DNA of 51,228 nucleotides from the NCBI GenBank assembly GCA_044226625.1, contig JBGAGQ010000047.1, positions 1-51,228 of the forward strand. Reading direction: 5' to 3'. Under the pieces are notes generated by a model, which saw nothing but the letters and a program-made list of their open reading frames with translations, made no database searches and was not told where the DNA came from. Position 1 is the first letter of the stretch; each line of letters starts with the position of its first letter. Positions 1 through 9,273 of this stretch are shown one piece after another. The stretch is from Thermoanaerobaculia bacterium. Lineage in GTDB: Bacteria > Acidobacteriota > Thermoanaerobaculia > Multivoradales > UBA5704. A program made the translations under genes and the position numbers.

Positions 1-1449
1 TTGCCGGATCGAGCCGCGGCGTGCTCGGTGGTCAGCGATCGTCAGCCTCGGCCGATTCGATGCGCCCCGTCCGTCGCTTTGCGAATCGAAGTCGACGGCG
101 CGGCGGTCTTCGACGGAGATCGTGCGAAGCAAGACTCCTTCGAGCGGTACTTGCGCGCGGGAGCCATCCGAGCGTTGGGAGAGAACCGGATCGCGATCGA
201 TCCGCAAGCGCCGGAGCTCTTGTTCGCGGTGAGGCCCGCGTCCGCCCGGGGGCTGAAAATCGTGGTCGAGTCCCGGGGCCCCGAATCGTCGAAGTCGGTG
301 GATCGCGGCTCCGAGGCTCTGGAAAAGGCCGAGGTGGAAGCCGCGGAAGAGCTCGCCCCCGACTCCGCCCTCGAGACCCTGCCCGTGGAGATGGCGGAGC
401 ACCCCGGCGATCTGGCACGGGTCGCGCTCGATCTCTTCTCCCGCACGGTCGCGAACAACTGGCAGCTCGACTGCGAGCCGCGCCGGACGCTTTCGGCGAG
501 CGGCCGGTTTGCCTTCGACCTCCCGCCGATCCAGAAAGACGCACGGGACCGCTACCTCGCGGCGCTCGCGGAGGAAGGGGCTCCGACCGCCGGTCTGACG
601 GGTTCGCTGGTCGAACGATTCGACGACGGCGAGACGATGCGGGTCTCGACGTTCCAGCTCGCGGACGAGCGTTTGCCGGATAGGTTCCTCGTCTCGGACG
701 ACGGCCGGTTCGTCGTCGCCTTCGATCTCCGAGAGGGGAGAGGCAGCTCGGAGGGTCGCACGCGGATCTATCGCTCGGACGGCAGCCTCGTCTCGACCCT
801 CACCCTCGCGGATCTGTTGACTCGTGGCGACCTGAACGCTCACCGGATGGTTCTCGTGACCTCGACCTGCGGCGGCGAAACCAGCCCGCTTTCGGCCACG
901 CTGGCGGACGGACGCGATCTGCTGATCCTCACGCTCGACGCCAGCAAGATTCCCCACGAGATCGTGGTCGATCTCGAGACCGGAAAGCTGCTCACCGCTC
1001 GCCGCAACCTCCTCCCGCAACTGGGGGTGTCGACCGTGGCGCTCGACGGCTCGCCCTCGACCGCCGAGCCGAGATCCGGCTGGGTGGAAGCGGTTTGCTC
1101 GCGGCCGCTCGAGGCGGCAGCCGTGAGCCGGACGTTCGCAGACCCGAGCCTCCTCGGCGTCACGGCTTCCTCGCTCTTCTCCCATGCGATGTCGCACGAG
1201 ATGCCGGCCTACACGGACCTAGGGCGGCGCGCTCGCCTGGAAGGAACCGTCGAGGTGGAGGTCGTCGTCGGCGAATCGGGCGAGGTCTCGTGCGTCCGAG
1301 TCTCCAAGCTGCCCCTGGGTTTGGACAAGGCCGCCGCGGCCGCCGCGACGAAATGGCGCTTTCGGCCTTTTGATGTCGACGGCAAGCCGGCGCGGGCGAT
1401 CGGCCGATTCTCCTTCCGGTTCGGATGGATCGACCCCGCGCCGCTCTAG
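1..1449 (+). CDS. TonB C-terminal domain protein, 5' end probably outside the window
   Basis: C-terminus ARLEGTVEVEVVVGESGEV...LGLDKAAAAAATKWRFRPFDVDGKP...FSFRF is a typical TonB_C domain. The ORF is open from base 1. Confidence 0.75.
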   Translation: MPDRAAACSVVSDRQPRPIRCAPSVALRIEVDGAAVFDGDRAKQDSFERYLRAGAIRALGENRIAIDPQAPELLFAVRPASARGLKIVVESRGPESSKSVDRGSEALEKAEVEAAEELAPDSALETLPVEMAEHPGDLARVALDLFSRTVANNWQLDCEPRRTLSASGRFAFDLPPIQKDARDRYLAALAEEGAPTAGLTGSLVERFDDGETMRVSTFQLADERLPDRFLVSDDGRFVVAFDLREGRGSSEGRTRIYRSDGSLVSTLTLADLLTRGDLNAHRMVLVTSTCGGETSPLSATLADGRDLLILTLDASKIPHEIVVDLETGKLLTARRNLLPQLGVSTVALDGSPSTAEPRSGWVEAVCSRPLEAAAVSRTFADPSLLGVTASSLFSHAMSHEMPAYTDLGRRARLEGTVEVEVVVGESGEVSCVRVSKLPLGLDKAAAAAATKWRFRPFDVDGKPARAIGRFSFRFGWIDPAPL

Positions 1450-1542
1450 CCCGGTGGAGCACGCCAGGTTCCCGGCACCGGGCGTGCATTCAAAATTCCG
1501 TGTCCGCCGCCCGCGCGGCACTCCCGGGAGTAAGCTTCGACC

Positions 1543-3402
1543 ATGAGAACGATTCGCCGGAGCCCGTCTTCGCGTCTCTACCGGCTGGCCGCCTGGATTC
1601 TGGTGGCCGCCCTCGCCGCTCCTCCCTCGCTGCTCGCGCAGGTCGGCCCGGCCTCTCCGTCGGACGATCCGGTTCCGGCCACCCCTCCCGATCCGGACCA
1701 GGCTCCCGGAAGCTCGGGCCCCCCGGGGGGGCCGGGGCAGCCGGACGCGCGGCAGGGCAAGCCCGACCTTTTCGCCGAGAGCATCAAGGCGGCGCAGGAG
1801 GCGGTCGAAGAATACGGGACCTACGACAACCCGAAAGAGCTCGAGCGGGTGAACCGGATCGCCTTCGAGCTGCTCTCCAAGGCCGATTTCGATCGCTATC
1901 CCTTCTCGTTCGGGCTGGTCGACATGCCGGTGCCGAACGCGTTCGCCCTGCCCGGCGGGCAGATCTTCGTCACCCGCGGGCTGCTCGACCTCGAGCCGGA
2001 CGACGACATGCTCGCCAACGTGCTCGGCCACGAGATTACCCACGTGACCCACGAGCACTACCTGAAGCTCAAGAAGAAGGCGACGCTCATGAGCATTCTG
2101 AGCAACGCGCTCTTGCTCGGCGTGATCGTCGGTGCGGGGGGCGGTCGCCAATACCCGACGAACCCGGGGCACGATCCGCTGGACCACCAGGACAATTCGG
2201 GCGACATCCTCCAGGGCGCCGCCGCGGCGAGCCTGGTGGTGAGCGAGCTGCTCCTCCGGAGCTACAGCCGCGAAAACGAGGACGACGCGGACGACGAGGG
2301 ACAGCGGATCGCGGCGGCGGCAGGCTACGACCCGTCGGGCGCGCAGAAGTTCTGGGCGCTGCTCAACGCGCGGGCGCCGCAGGCGAAGGAGTACGGCTAC
2401 CTGCAGACCCACCCCTTCGCCGAGGACCGCGCGAAGTACGCGACGATCCGCGCGGCCGAGCTGAAGGTCCAGGGGCGCACGACGTCCGATTCGCTGCGCC
2501 AGGCGACCCAGAAGCGGCTGATGGAGTGGATCGACAAGAACCGTCCGAAAGGCCCGGAGCTCGGGTTCGTCAAGGCCGCCTCGCTCGCCACCTGGCCGAC
2601 CGGCCCGGTCGCCGAATCGCTGCGCCTCGAAAAGCTGCATGTCCTGCGCGACGACGCGCTCGCCAAGCCGGTGCTCGCCCGCGACTACGGCACCGTCTTG
2701 AAGAGCTACCGGAACGAGCGCGAGCAGGTGGCGACGCTCACCCCCGCGAGCCCTCTGCTCGCCAAGCTGGACGGCGAGATCTCGGATCTCGAATCGAAGT
2801 CGCGCGAGGCGTATCCGAAGGCGATCGAGACGCTCGAAGGGGGGATCTACGAGACCTCGTTCCTCGAGGCGTTCCTCGCCAACTACCCGGATTCGCCGCG
2901 GGTCCCCGAGGTCGCCCTCTCGCTCGGCAACGCCTACGCCCGGCTGGGGAACCAGACCCAGGCGGTAGCCCAATACCTGCGCGCCTACGAGGCGGGGCCC
3001 GAGAGTCCGGCGGGAATCAAGGCCCACGCGGGGCTGCGCAACCTCGCCCCGAACCTCGAGATGCTCGCCGCGCTGCAGGACCTCGTCGACCGCGAGAAAG
3101 AGCCGGCGATGAAGAAGCAGGCCGAGGAGCGGCTGGCCGCCCAGGCGAAAGTGTTCGACGACCTGGCGAACGGCGCGGAGTACCTGCACCGTTATCCGGA
3201 GGGAATCCACGTCCCGGTGGTGATCGAGCGTCTGAACAAGCTCGCCGACGACCTCTACGGCGAGGTGGTGCTCTACCAGGGAGTGGGCGAGACGGTCAAA
3301 GCGCTCGACCGGATCCAGCGCATCCTCACCCACGCGCCGCTCTCCCCCGCCGCCGCGAAGCTCCGCGACCACGCGGTCGTGGCGGGCGAGCGCGCGAGCT
3401 GA
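1543..3402 (+). CDS. M48 family zinc metalloprotease with C-terminal TPR-like region, secreted
   Basis: Signal peptide, Pro-rich linker, PNAFALPGG, HEITH (HExxH), SYSRENEDDAD, YLQTHP, then helical TPR-like repeats. Confidence 0.9.
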   Translation: MRTIRRSPSSRLYRLAAWILVAALAAPPSLLAQVGPASPSDDPVPATPPDPDQAPGSSGPPGGPGQPDARQGKPDLFAESIKAAQEAVEEYGTYDNPKELERVNRIAFELLSKADFDRYPFSFGLVDMPVPNAFALPGGQIFVTRGLLDLEPDDDMLANVLGHEITHVTHEHYLKLKKKATLMSILSNALLLGVIVGAGGGRQYPTNPGHDPLDHQDNSGDILQGAAAASLVVSELLLRSYSRENEDDADDEGQRIAAAAGYDPSGAQKFWALLNARAPQAKEYGYLQTHPFAEDRAKYATIRAAELKVQGRTTSDSLRQATQKRLMEWIDKNRPKGPELGFVKAASLATWPTGPVAESLRLEKLHVLRDDALAKPVLARDYGTVLKSYRNEREQVATLTPASPLLAKLDGEISDLESKSREAYPKAIETLEGGIYETSFLEAFLANYPDSPRVPEVALSLGNAYARLGNQTQAVAQYLRAYEAGPESPAGIKAHAGLRNLAPNLEMLAALQDLVDREKEPAMKKQAEERLAAQAKVFDDLANGAEYLHRYPEGIHVPVVIERLNKLADDLYGEVVLYQGVGETVKALDRIQRILTHAPLSPAAAKLRDHAVVAGERAS

Positions 3403-3414
3403 CGTTCACGAAAT

Positions 3415-3446
3415 AGACCGGCGGGGTCCCGTTTTCCCGCCGGTCT
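3415..3446. terminator. 11-bp perfect stem-loop after the M48 gene, possible terminator
   Basis: AGACCGGCGGG-N10-CCCGCCGGTCT. No strong U-tract follows. Confidence 0.4.
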
Positions 3447-3504
3447 CGCACTCGAACGGAAGCGGGAGGCGTGGGCTCCTCCCCGTGCTAACCTTCGTCC
3501 GCTC

Positions 3505-4887
3505 ATGAGCAAAACGATACGCATCGGCAACGGCCAGGGCTTCTGGGGCGACTCGATCGACGCGCCCGTGGAGCTGCTGCGTGGCGGCCCGGTCGACTAC
3601 ATCGGCCTCGACTATCTGGCCGAGGTCACCCTGTCGATCATGATGCGCCAGCGCTTGAAAGACCCCCGGCTCGGTTACGCGAGCGACTTTCCGGCGTTGG
3701 TGCGGCGCATTCTTCCGGAGCTCAAGAGCCGAAACGTCCGGGTGATCACGAACGCCGGGGGTCTCAATCCCCGCGGCTGCCGGGAAAAGATCTTCGAGAT
3801 CGCCCGCGAGCTCGGCGTCTCGGGCGTCCGCGTCGGCGTCGTCGAAGGCGACGACGTCTTCGCCCGCCTCCCCGCGCTCGTCGAAGCGGGCCACCGGATG
3901 GCGAACATGGACACGGGCGAGCCGATCGCCTCCGTGATGGACCGCCTGACCAGCGCGAACGCCTATCTCGGCGCCCGGCCGGTCGCCCAAGCGCTCGACG
4001 ACGGCGCGTTGATCGTGCTCTGCGGCCGGGTCACCGACACCGCCCTCGCGCTCGGGCCTCTGGTCCACGAATTCGGATGGGCCGCGGACGATTGGGACCG
4101 GCTCGCCGCCGGCACGATCGCCGGGCACATCCTCGAATGTGGCGCCCAGTGCACGGGCGGAAACTTCTCCCGATTCTGGGAGGTCCCCGACCTCTGGAAC
4201 GTCGGCTATCCGATCGCCGAGGTGTCGAAGGACGGCACGTTCGTGGTCACCAAACATCCGAACACGGGCGGCATGGTGACGACCGAGACGGTTGCCGAGC
4301 AGCTGGTCTACGAGATGGGGAATCCCAAGGAGTACATCACCCCGGACGTGGTGGCCGATTTCACCTCGATCCGGCTCGCCCAGGACGGCAAAGACCGCGT
4401 TCGCGTCTCCGGCATTCAGGGCCGGCCGCGGACGCCGACGCTGAAGCTGTCGGCCTCCTACCTCGCCGGCTGGAAGGCGAGCGGCCAAATTACCCTGTCC
4501 GGACCGCGCGCTGTCGACAAGGCGAAGCTCGCGGCCGAGGTGGTTTGGAAGCGGCTCGAGCGCGCCGGGGTGACCTTTCCCGACGACGACCGCTCGACCG
4601 AGATGCTCGGGCTCTCCGCTTGCCTTCCCGGCATCCTCGAAGCGCCCGCGGAGCCGGCCGAGGTCGTCCTCCGGCTCGGCGTTCGCGACAGCGACCGGAA
4701 AAGAGTCGAGCGCTTCGGCCAGGAGATCGCGCCGCTGATCACCGCCGGCCCCCCCGGGGTGACCGGCTTTGCCGGCGGGCGCCCGAAGCCGCAGGAGGTC
4801 GTCGCCTACTGGCCGGCGCTGCTCGCGCGCGAAGAGATCGAACGCCACGTTCAGGTCGACGTGCGCGTCGACGTGGAGGAGGCATGA
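3505..4887 (+). CDS. Acyclic terpene utilization AtuA family protein (DUF1446)
   Basis: IRIGNGQGFWGD, DYLAEVT, ITNAGGLNP, SANAYLGA, GRVTD, GHILECGAQCTGGNF, EQLVYE motifs. Confidence 0.92.
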   Translation: MSKTIRIGNGQGFWGDSIDAPVELLRGGPVDYIGLDYLAEVTLSIMMRQRLKDPRLGYASDFPALVRRILPELKSRNVRVITNAGGLNPRGCREKIFEIARELGVSGVRVGVVEGDDVFARLPALVEAGHRMANMDTGEPIASVMDRLTSANAYLGARPVAQALDDGALIVLCGRVTDTALALGPLVHEFGWAADDWDRLAAGTIAGHILECGAQCTGGNFSRFWEVPDLWNVGYPIAEVSKDGTFVVTKHPNTGGMVTTETVAEQLVYEMGNPKEYITPDVVADFTSIRLAQDGKDRVRVSGIQGRPRTPTLKLSASYLAGWKASGQITLSGPRAVDKAKLAAEVVWKRLERAGVTFPDDDRSTEMLGLSACLPGILEAPAEPAEVVLRLGVRDSDRKRVERFGQEIAPLITAGPPGVTGFAGGRPKPQEVVAYWPALLAREEIERHVQVDVRVDVEEA

Positions 4888-5231
4888 AGGTCCGCCTCGG
4901 ACAGATCGCCCACGCGCGCTCGGGCGACAAGGGAGACGCGAGCAACGTCGGCCTGATCGCCGCCACGGAGGCGCTCTACGACGTGATCCGCCGCGAGGTG
5001 ACGCCAGAGCGGGTAAAGGTGCACTTCGCGGAGATCTGCCGCGGTGCGGTCGACCGCTACGAGGTGCCGAACCTCTACGCGCTCAACTTCATCCTCCACG
5101 ACGCGCTCGGTGGCGGCGGCACCGAAAGTCTGAAGACCGACGCGCAAGGGAAGACCCACGCCCAGGGGATGCTGTTGATGGAGATCGACGTGCCGGACGA
5201 TCTCCTCCCGACGCCGCGGGCGGAGCGATGA
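4884..5231 (+). CDS. AtuA C-terminal-like small protein
   Basis: IAHARSGDKGDASNVGLIA...ALNFILHDALGGGG..SLKTDAQGK. ATGA overlap with the upstream stop. Confidence 0.9.
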   Translation: MKVRLGQIAHARSGDKGDASNVGLIAATEALYDVIRREVTPERVKVHFAEICRGAVDRYEVPNLYALNFILHDALGGGGTESLKTDAQGKTHAQGMLLMEIDVPDDLLPTPRAER

Positions 5232-6013
5232 CCTCCCCGCTGCTCGAGATCGCTCAAGACGGCGACCTGCTTCGCGTTCGGCTGAACGACCCCGCGCGCG
5301 CGAACGCCCTCTCCCCCGCTCTCGTCGAAGCGCTCACCGAGCTCTACGGCCGCGACCTCCGTGCGGAGGGAGTGCGGGCGGTGATCCTCTCCGGGGCCGG
5401 CAAGCACTTTTCGGCAGGCGCCGATCTCGACCATCTGCGAGCGCTCGCCGAGGCCGATCTCGAACGGCAGCGCGCCGAATCCGAAAAGCTGCGCGCCCTG
5501 TTCGCCTCGATCCTGAAGCAGGAGGCGCTCACCCTCGCGCTCGTCCACGGCAGCTGCGTCGCCGGGGGGTGCGGCCTCGCGACAGCCTGCGACTTCGTGC
5601 TGGCGGCGGAGGACGCGACGTTCCTCTACAGCGAGGTGCGGATCGGCTTCGTCGCGGCGCTCGTCGCGACCTACCTGCCGCTTCGCGTGCGCGGCTCCGA
5701 CCTGCGCGAGCTGCTCCTCTTCCCGCGGCCGCTCTCCGCGTCCCGGGCGCTCGAGATCGGCCTCGCGAACCGTGTGGTGCCGGCCGCGAGCCTCGCGGAA
5801 GAAGGAGACGCGCTCGTCGGAGCGATCCTCGCGAACGCCAGCTCCGAATCGATCGCGCGGACCAAGCGCCTGCTGCTCGACGCGCTCGGCCGGCCGCTCG
5901 ACGAAGCGCTCGCGCTGGCGGCCGAGGCGAATGCCCAGGCGCGAGGAACCGAGGACTGCCGCCGCGGCGTCGCCACCTTCCTCGAAACCAAGAAACCGCC
6001 GCGCTGGCGTTAA
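5228..6013 (+). CDS. Enoyl-CoA hydratase/isomerase (methylglutaconyl-CoA hydratase-like)
   Basis: LNDPARANAL, FSAGADL, VAGGCGLATACD, SEVRIGFV crotonase motifs. ATGA overlap at 5228. Confidence 0.9.
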   Translation: MTSPLLEIAQDGDLLRVRLNDPARANALSPALVEALTELYGRDLRAEGVRAVILSGAGKHFSAGADLDHLRALAEADLERQRAESEKLRALFASILKQEALTLALVHGSCVAGGCGLATACDFVLAAEDATFLYSEVRIGFVAALVATYLPLRVRGSDLRELLLFPRPLSASRALEIGLANRVVPAASLAEEGDALVGAILANASSESIARTKRLLLDALGRPLDEALALAAEANAQARGTEDCRRGVATFLETKKPPRWR

Positions 6014-6028
6014 GCCGAAGCTATTGCC

Positions 6029-6712
6029 ATGCGGCTGATCCTGTTCGACATCGACGGCACGCTGATCACCTGCGGCCCGCAGGTGCGGCCGATCTTCGCC
6101 TCCGCCCTGATCGACGTGTTCGGGACCGCGGGAGAGCTGGACGCCTACGACTTTTCCGGCAAGACCGATCCGACGATCGTGGTCGAGCTCGCGACCTCCG
6201 GCGGCATCCCTCGCGAGGAGGCGATCGACCGAATCGTCGACGTTCGGACGATTTACCGAGAGCGCCTCGCCGCGCGGCTCGACCCGGAGCGGATGACGCT
6301 GCTCCCCGGCGTCCGCGAACGCCTCGAAGAGCTCGCTGCCGATCCCGAGGTCGAGCTCGCCCTGCTCACCGGCAACTGGGAGCCCTGCGCGCGAATCAAG
6401 CTCGCGCCGTTCGACCTGAACCGCTTCTTCCCCTTCGGCGCCTTCGGCTGCGACGCGATCGACCGCTGCGACCTGCCGCCTTTCGCTCTCGACCGCGCCG
6501 AAACCCACCTCGGCCGGCGCTTCCTCGCGAACGAGGCGCTCGTCGTGGGCGACAGCATCCACGACGTCGCCTGCGCCAAAGCCCACGGCATTCCCTGCCT
6601 CGCGGTCGCGACCGGCCGCACACCGGCGGCCGACCTCGTCGCCGTCGGAGCCGACCGAGTCGTCGCGAATCTCACCGAACGGCTGGTCTTCGAGCCGGTG
6701 CTGGTCGGATAA
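6029..6712 (+). CDS. HAD family hydrolase
   Basis: LILFDIDGTL (motif I), LLTGN, VVGDSIHDVACA (motif IV). Confidence 0.92.
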   Translation: MRLILFDIDGTLITCGPQVRPIFASALIDVFGTAGELDAYDFSGKTDPTIVVELATSGGIPREEAIDRIVDVRTIYRERLAARLDPERMTLLPGVRERLEELAADPEVELALLTGNWEPCARIKLAPFDLNRFFPFGAFGCDAIDRCDLPPFALDRAETHLGRRFLANEALVVGDSIHDVACAKAHGIPCLAVATGRTPAADLVAVGADRVVANLTERLVFEPVLVG

Positions 6713-6754
6713 GGACGCTTGCGGCACGCCGCGCCTTCCTCGTACGCTGGGCCC

Positions 6755-7042
6755 ATGGAATCGCTCGAAGGACTTCCAGGCGCGGATCTCGTCGAAACAG
6801 GCCTCGCAGACCTGGGGCGAGGCGTTGAGTCCATCCCTTCGCTGCTCGTTCTGATCGGTGCGCCCCGCCTGCGCGGTCTCGGCCTCGAGGTCCCCGAAAC
6901 TCCGCTTTCAAGACCGGAGCACCGCCTCTACGAAGTCCTCGCCGACACTCACGGCGATGGCGCCCATTCCCGATACAACGCGCTCATCCGCACTCTGGTG
7001 AGCTTCGAACGCGCGATGGAATGCGCAAGCCGGAAAGCGTGA
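6755..7042 (+). CDS. Conserved hypothetical small protein
   Basis: Coherent 95-aa ORF (LPGADLVETGLADL...PEHRLY...HSRYNALIRTLVSFERA) with TACGCT 6 nt upstream of the ATG. Confidence 0.7.
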   Translation: MESLEGLPGADLVETGLADLGRGVESIPSLLVLIGAPRLRGLGLEVPETPLSRPEHRLYEVLADTHGDGAHSRYNALIRTLVSFERAMECASRKA

Positions 7043-7043
7043 C

Positions 7044-7892
7044 CTAACCCCAGCGCAACAGCCAACGCTGGGTCGCGTTCAGGACCTCGGTCAGCTGGGG
7101 CGTCGGATTCTGGAACGGGTGCTTGGCTCCGAAACCGTGATCGCCATCTTTGATCCGTAAGAGCTCGCAAGGCTCGGCCGCGGCGGCTTTGAGCTTCTCG
7201 GCGTCGCCGAAGCCGACCGAATCGTCGCGGTCTCCGTGGATGATCAGGAACGGGCAGGTGCGCTCCGCCGCGGCGCGGGTCGGTTCGAGCGCCTCGCCGT
7301 GGGCTTCGAGATCCTGGAGCAGGCCGAGACCGAGGGAGAGCCTCTGGAGCGTCCGCGCGTTCTGGATCGGGTACTCCCCCTTCTGGCGCCAGAACGTCTT
7401 CTGCTCCTCGTTGAAGCGGTCGAAGGTCGCCACCGCCGCCCAGGTGACGAGCGCGCGGATCTTTCCTCGGAGTTCCGGCCGCGCCGACGCGAGGATCACG
7501 TTGCCGCCGCCGCGGCTGTGGCCGATCAGGGAGATCCGGTTTGCGTCCGCACGCCCCGGGGCGATCTCCTGCCCGACGGCGCCGATCACCGCGAGCAGAT
7601 CCTCGAGCTCCCGGCCGTGGGTGTTCGAGCGGAACGCGTCGAGGTCGCTCACCCGATCCTCGCCGGGCTGCTGTCCACTTCCCGAGAGATTGAATCGCAC
7701 GGCGACGAAACCCCGCTCGGCGAGCAGGTGCGCGAGGTAGGGGAAGAACGCCCACTCCATAAAGCCTTTGAAGCCGTGGCAGATCACCACCGTAGGCCGG
7801 AGACCCGGCTCGTCCGGGAGATCGATGAGGCCGTGGAGAGGGCCGTTGGGACCAGGGAGCGTGAAGGGAACGGGAGAGGTCGGCGCCGACAT
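7044..7892 (-). CDS. Alpha/beta hydrolase
   Basis: ICHGFKGF oxyanion motif, GHSRGG nucleophile elbow, IIHGDRDDSV, GDHGF. Confidence 0.9.
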   Translation of the reverse strand: MSAPTSPVPFTLPGPNGPLHGLIDLPDEPGLRPTVVICHGFKGFMEWAFFPYLAHLLAERGFVAVRFNLSGSGQQPGEDRVSDLDAFRSNTHGRELEDLLAVIGAVGQEIAPGRADANRISLIGHSRGGGNVILASARPELRGKIRALVTWAAVATFDRFNEEQKTFWRQKGEYPIQNARTLQRLSLGLGLLQDLEAHGEALEPTRAAAERTCPFLIIHGDRDDSVGFGDAEKLKAAAAEPCELLRIKDGDHGFGAKHPFQNPTPQLTEVLNATQRWLLRWG

Positions 7893-8100
7893 GCCGATCA
7901 TCTTAATACGGCGAAAACGGCCACCCACGCGCGGCGGGTGGCCTTCTCCGGAGACTCGGCGACTTCCCTAGCCGTACTTGATGCACAGGAGGCAGGTGAG
8001 CATCAGGCAGCTCAACCGCTTCGAGCAACCCTTCGCCGAGGGAGGCGCGTCAAAAATGGGCGCGTTTGTATCCAGGGACGACGGATGGGGTGCCATTCCC

Positions 8101-9273
8101 TCACCCGATTTCACGACCTCTTCGCCGGGAGGCAGCAGCTCGTAGAGCAGCCAAGGGATCAGCCGACCACCGGTCATCCAAACAGACGTTGCTCGAGAGC
8201 TTGCCCTTGCATTCTGCGTGCGGATCCAAGCCTCCAGGAAGAGCGAAGCGGAATTCCCATCTCTCAGTCACGCTATGCAAACAGGCCGCGACCACGTCGA
8301 AGTCTTTGGGACTGTAATAGCGAGAACAGGGGTCGCTCTTAGCCGCGCGGGTGCGCTGGAAATCGAGTCGAACGAGACCGTCCCGATTGGGCTTTCGAAG
8401 AACGTTCTTGCACTCGACCATCAGTTCTCTCCCGTTCGCCAAGCGGACACCAACGTCTGGTCCGTCGCCCAATAGGCGCGCGCAACGGCTGATTCCGGGA
8501 AGACCCCGGAGCAATCGGTAGAGATGCTCTTCGGCAACGGAGCCTCGAACCGCCACCTTCAAGCGGTGCGCGCTTTCAATCAGGTCGAACACTTCGCTCT
8601 CGGCGAGCTGGAACTCCCGCGCGAGTGCGTGAACTGCCGTTTTCGACTTGAGGGCGCGTTCAGCCAAGAGCTGGCGATGTCCCTGGTCCTCACCCACCGC
8701 CTCGCGTTCGAAGCGAATATAGGAAAGGAAGGCGCTGGGCGTGCCGCCGACCAACACTTCGACCGGTTCCTCAGGAGCGCGTTGCCGTTCCCTTTCCCAG
8801 GCATGCCAGCCGTCTTGAAGAATCTCTTCAACGTGCCGCTGCTTGAATTCAATCGAGATAAAGAGGCGCGTCGGGCTGTGTAGAACGGGATCCGCACCGA
8901 TGAAAAAACCGAGCTCCGGATTGATCCCCACGAGCAACGTCGTATAAAGGCCGAAGGGATCCTGCCAAAGGTCGTGTAGCAATCCATCCTTCGAACCATA
9001 TTTGAGCTGAAATCGATGCTCGTCGGCTGGCCGATTCTTAGTCAACCGAGAGTTCGCCAGGAAAGCGTAGGCAACGATTCCCATGCGCTCGCCTTGCGCC
9101 GTCTCGAACGAGATGCGAAGTGGCGCTTGGGAAGCTGGCGAGAATTGGAGGATTCGGCAGCCCTCGCCACGGAGAGCTTCCAGCATGAAATCGAGCAGCG
9201 GCTGCCGATCCCTTCGGCTTGCGTTGTAGATCCGGAACCTCTCGGAGACACCCCGGCCTTCCAGCATGTTCAA
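8101..9273 (-). CDS. Putative restriction endonuclease (PD-(D/E)xK fold) with an N-terminal domain of unknown function
   Basis: GSVAEEHL...PDVGV...VECKN catalytic pattern. Translationally coupled to dcm (TTG 9273 or ATG 9267). Confidence 0.7.
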   Translation of the reverse strand: MNMLEGRGVSERFRIYNASRRDRQPLLDFMLEALRGEGCRILQFSPASQAPLRISFETAQGERMGIVAYAFLANSRLTKNRPADEHRFQLKYGSKDGLLHDLWQDPFGLYTTLLVGINPELGFFIGADPVLHSPTRLFISIEFKQRHVEEILQDGWHAWERERQRAPEEPVEVLVGGTPSAFLSYIRFEREAVGEDQGHRQLLAERALKSKTAVHALAREFQLAESEVFDLIESAHRLKVAVRGSVAEEHLYRLLRGLPGISRCARLLGDGPDVGVRLANGRELMVECKNVLRKPNRDGLVRLDFQRTRAAKSDPCSRYYSPKDFDVVAACLHSVTERWEFRFALPGGLDPHAECKGKLSSNVCLDDRWSADPLAALRAAASRRRGREIG

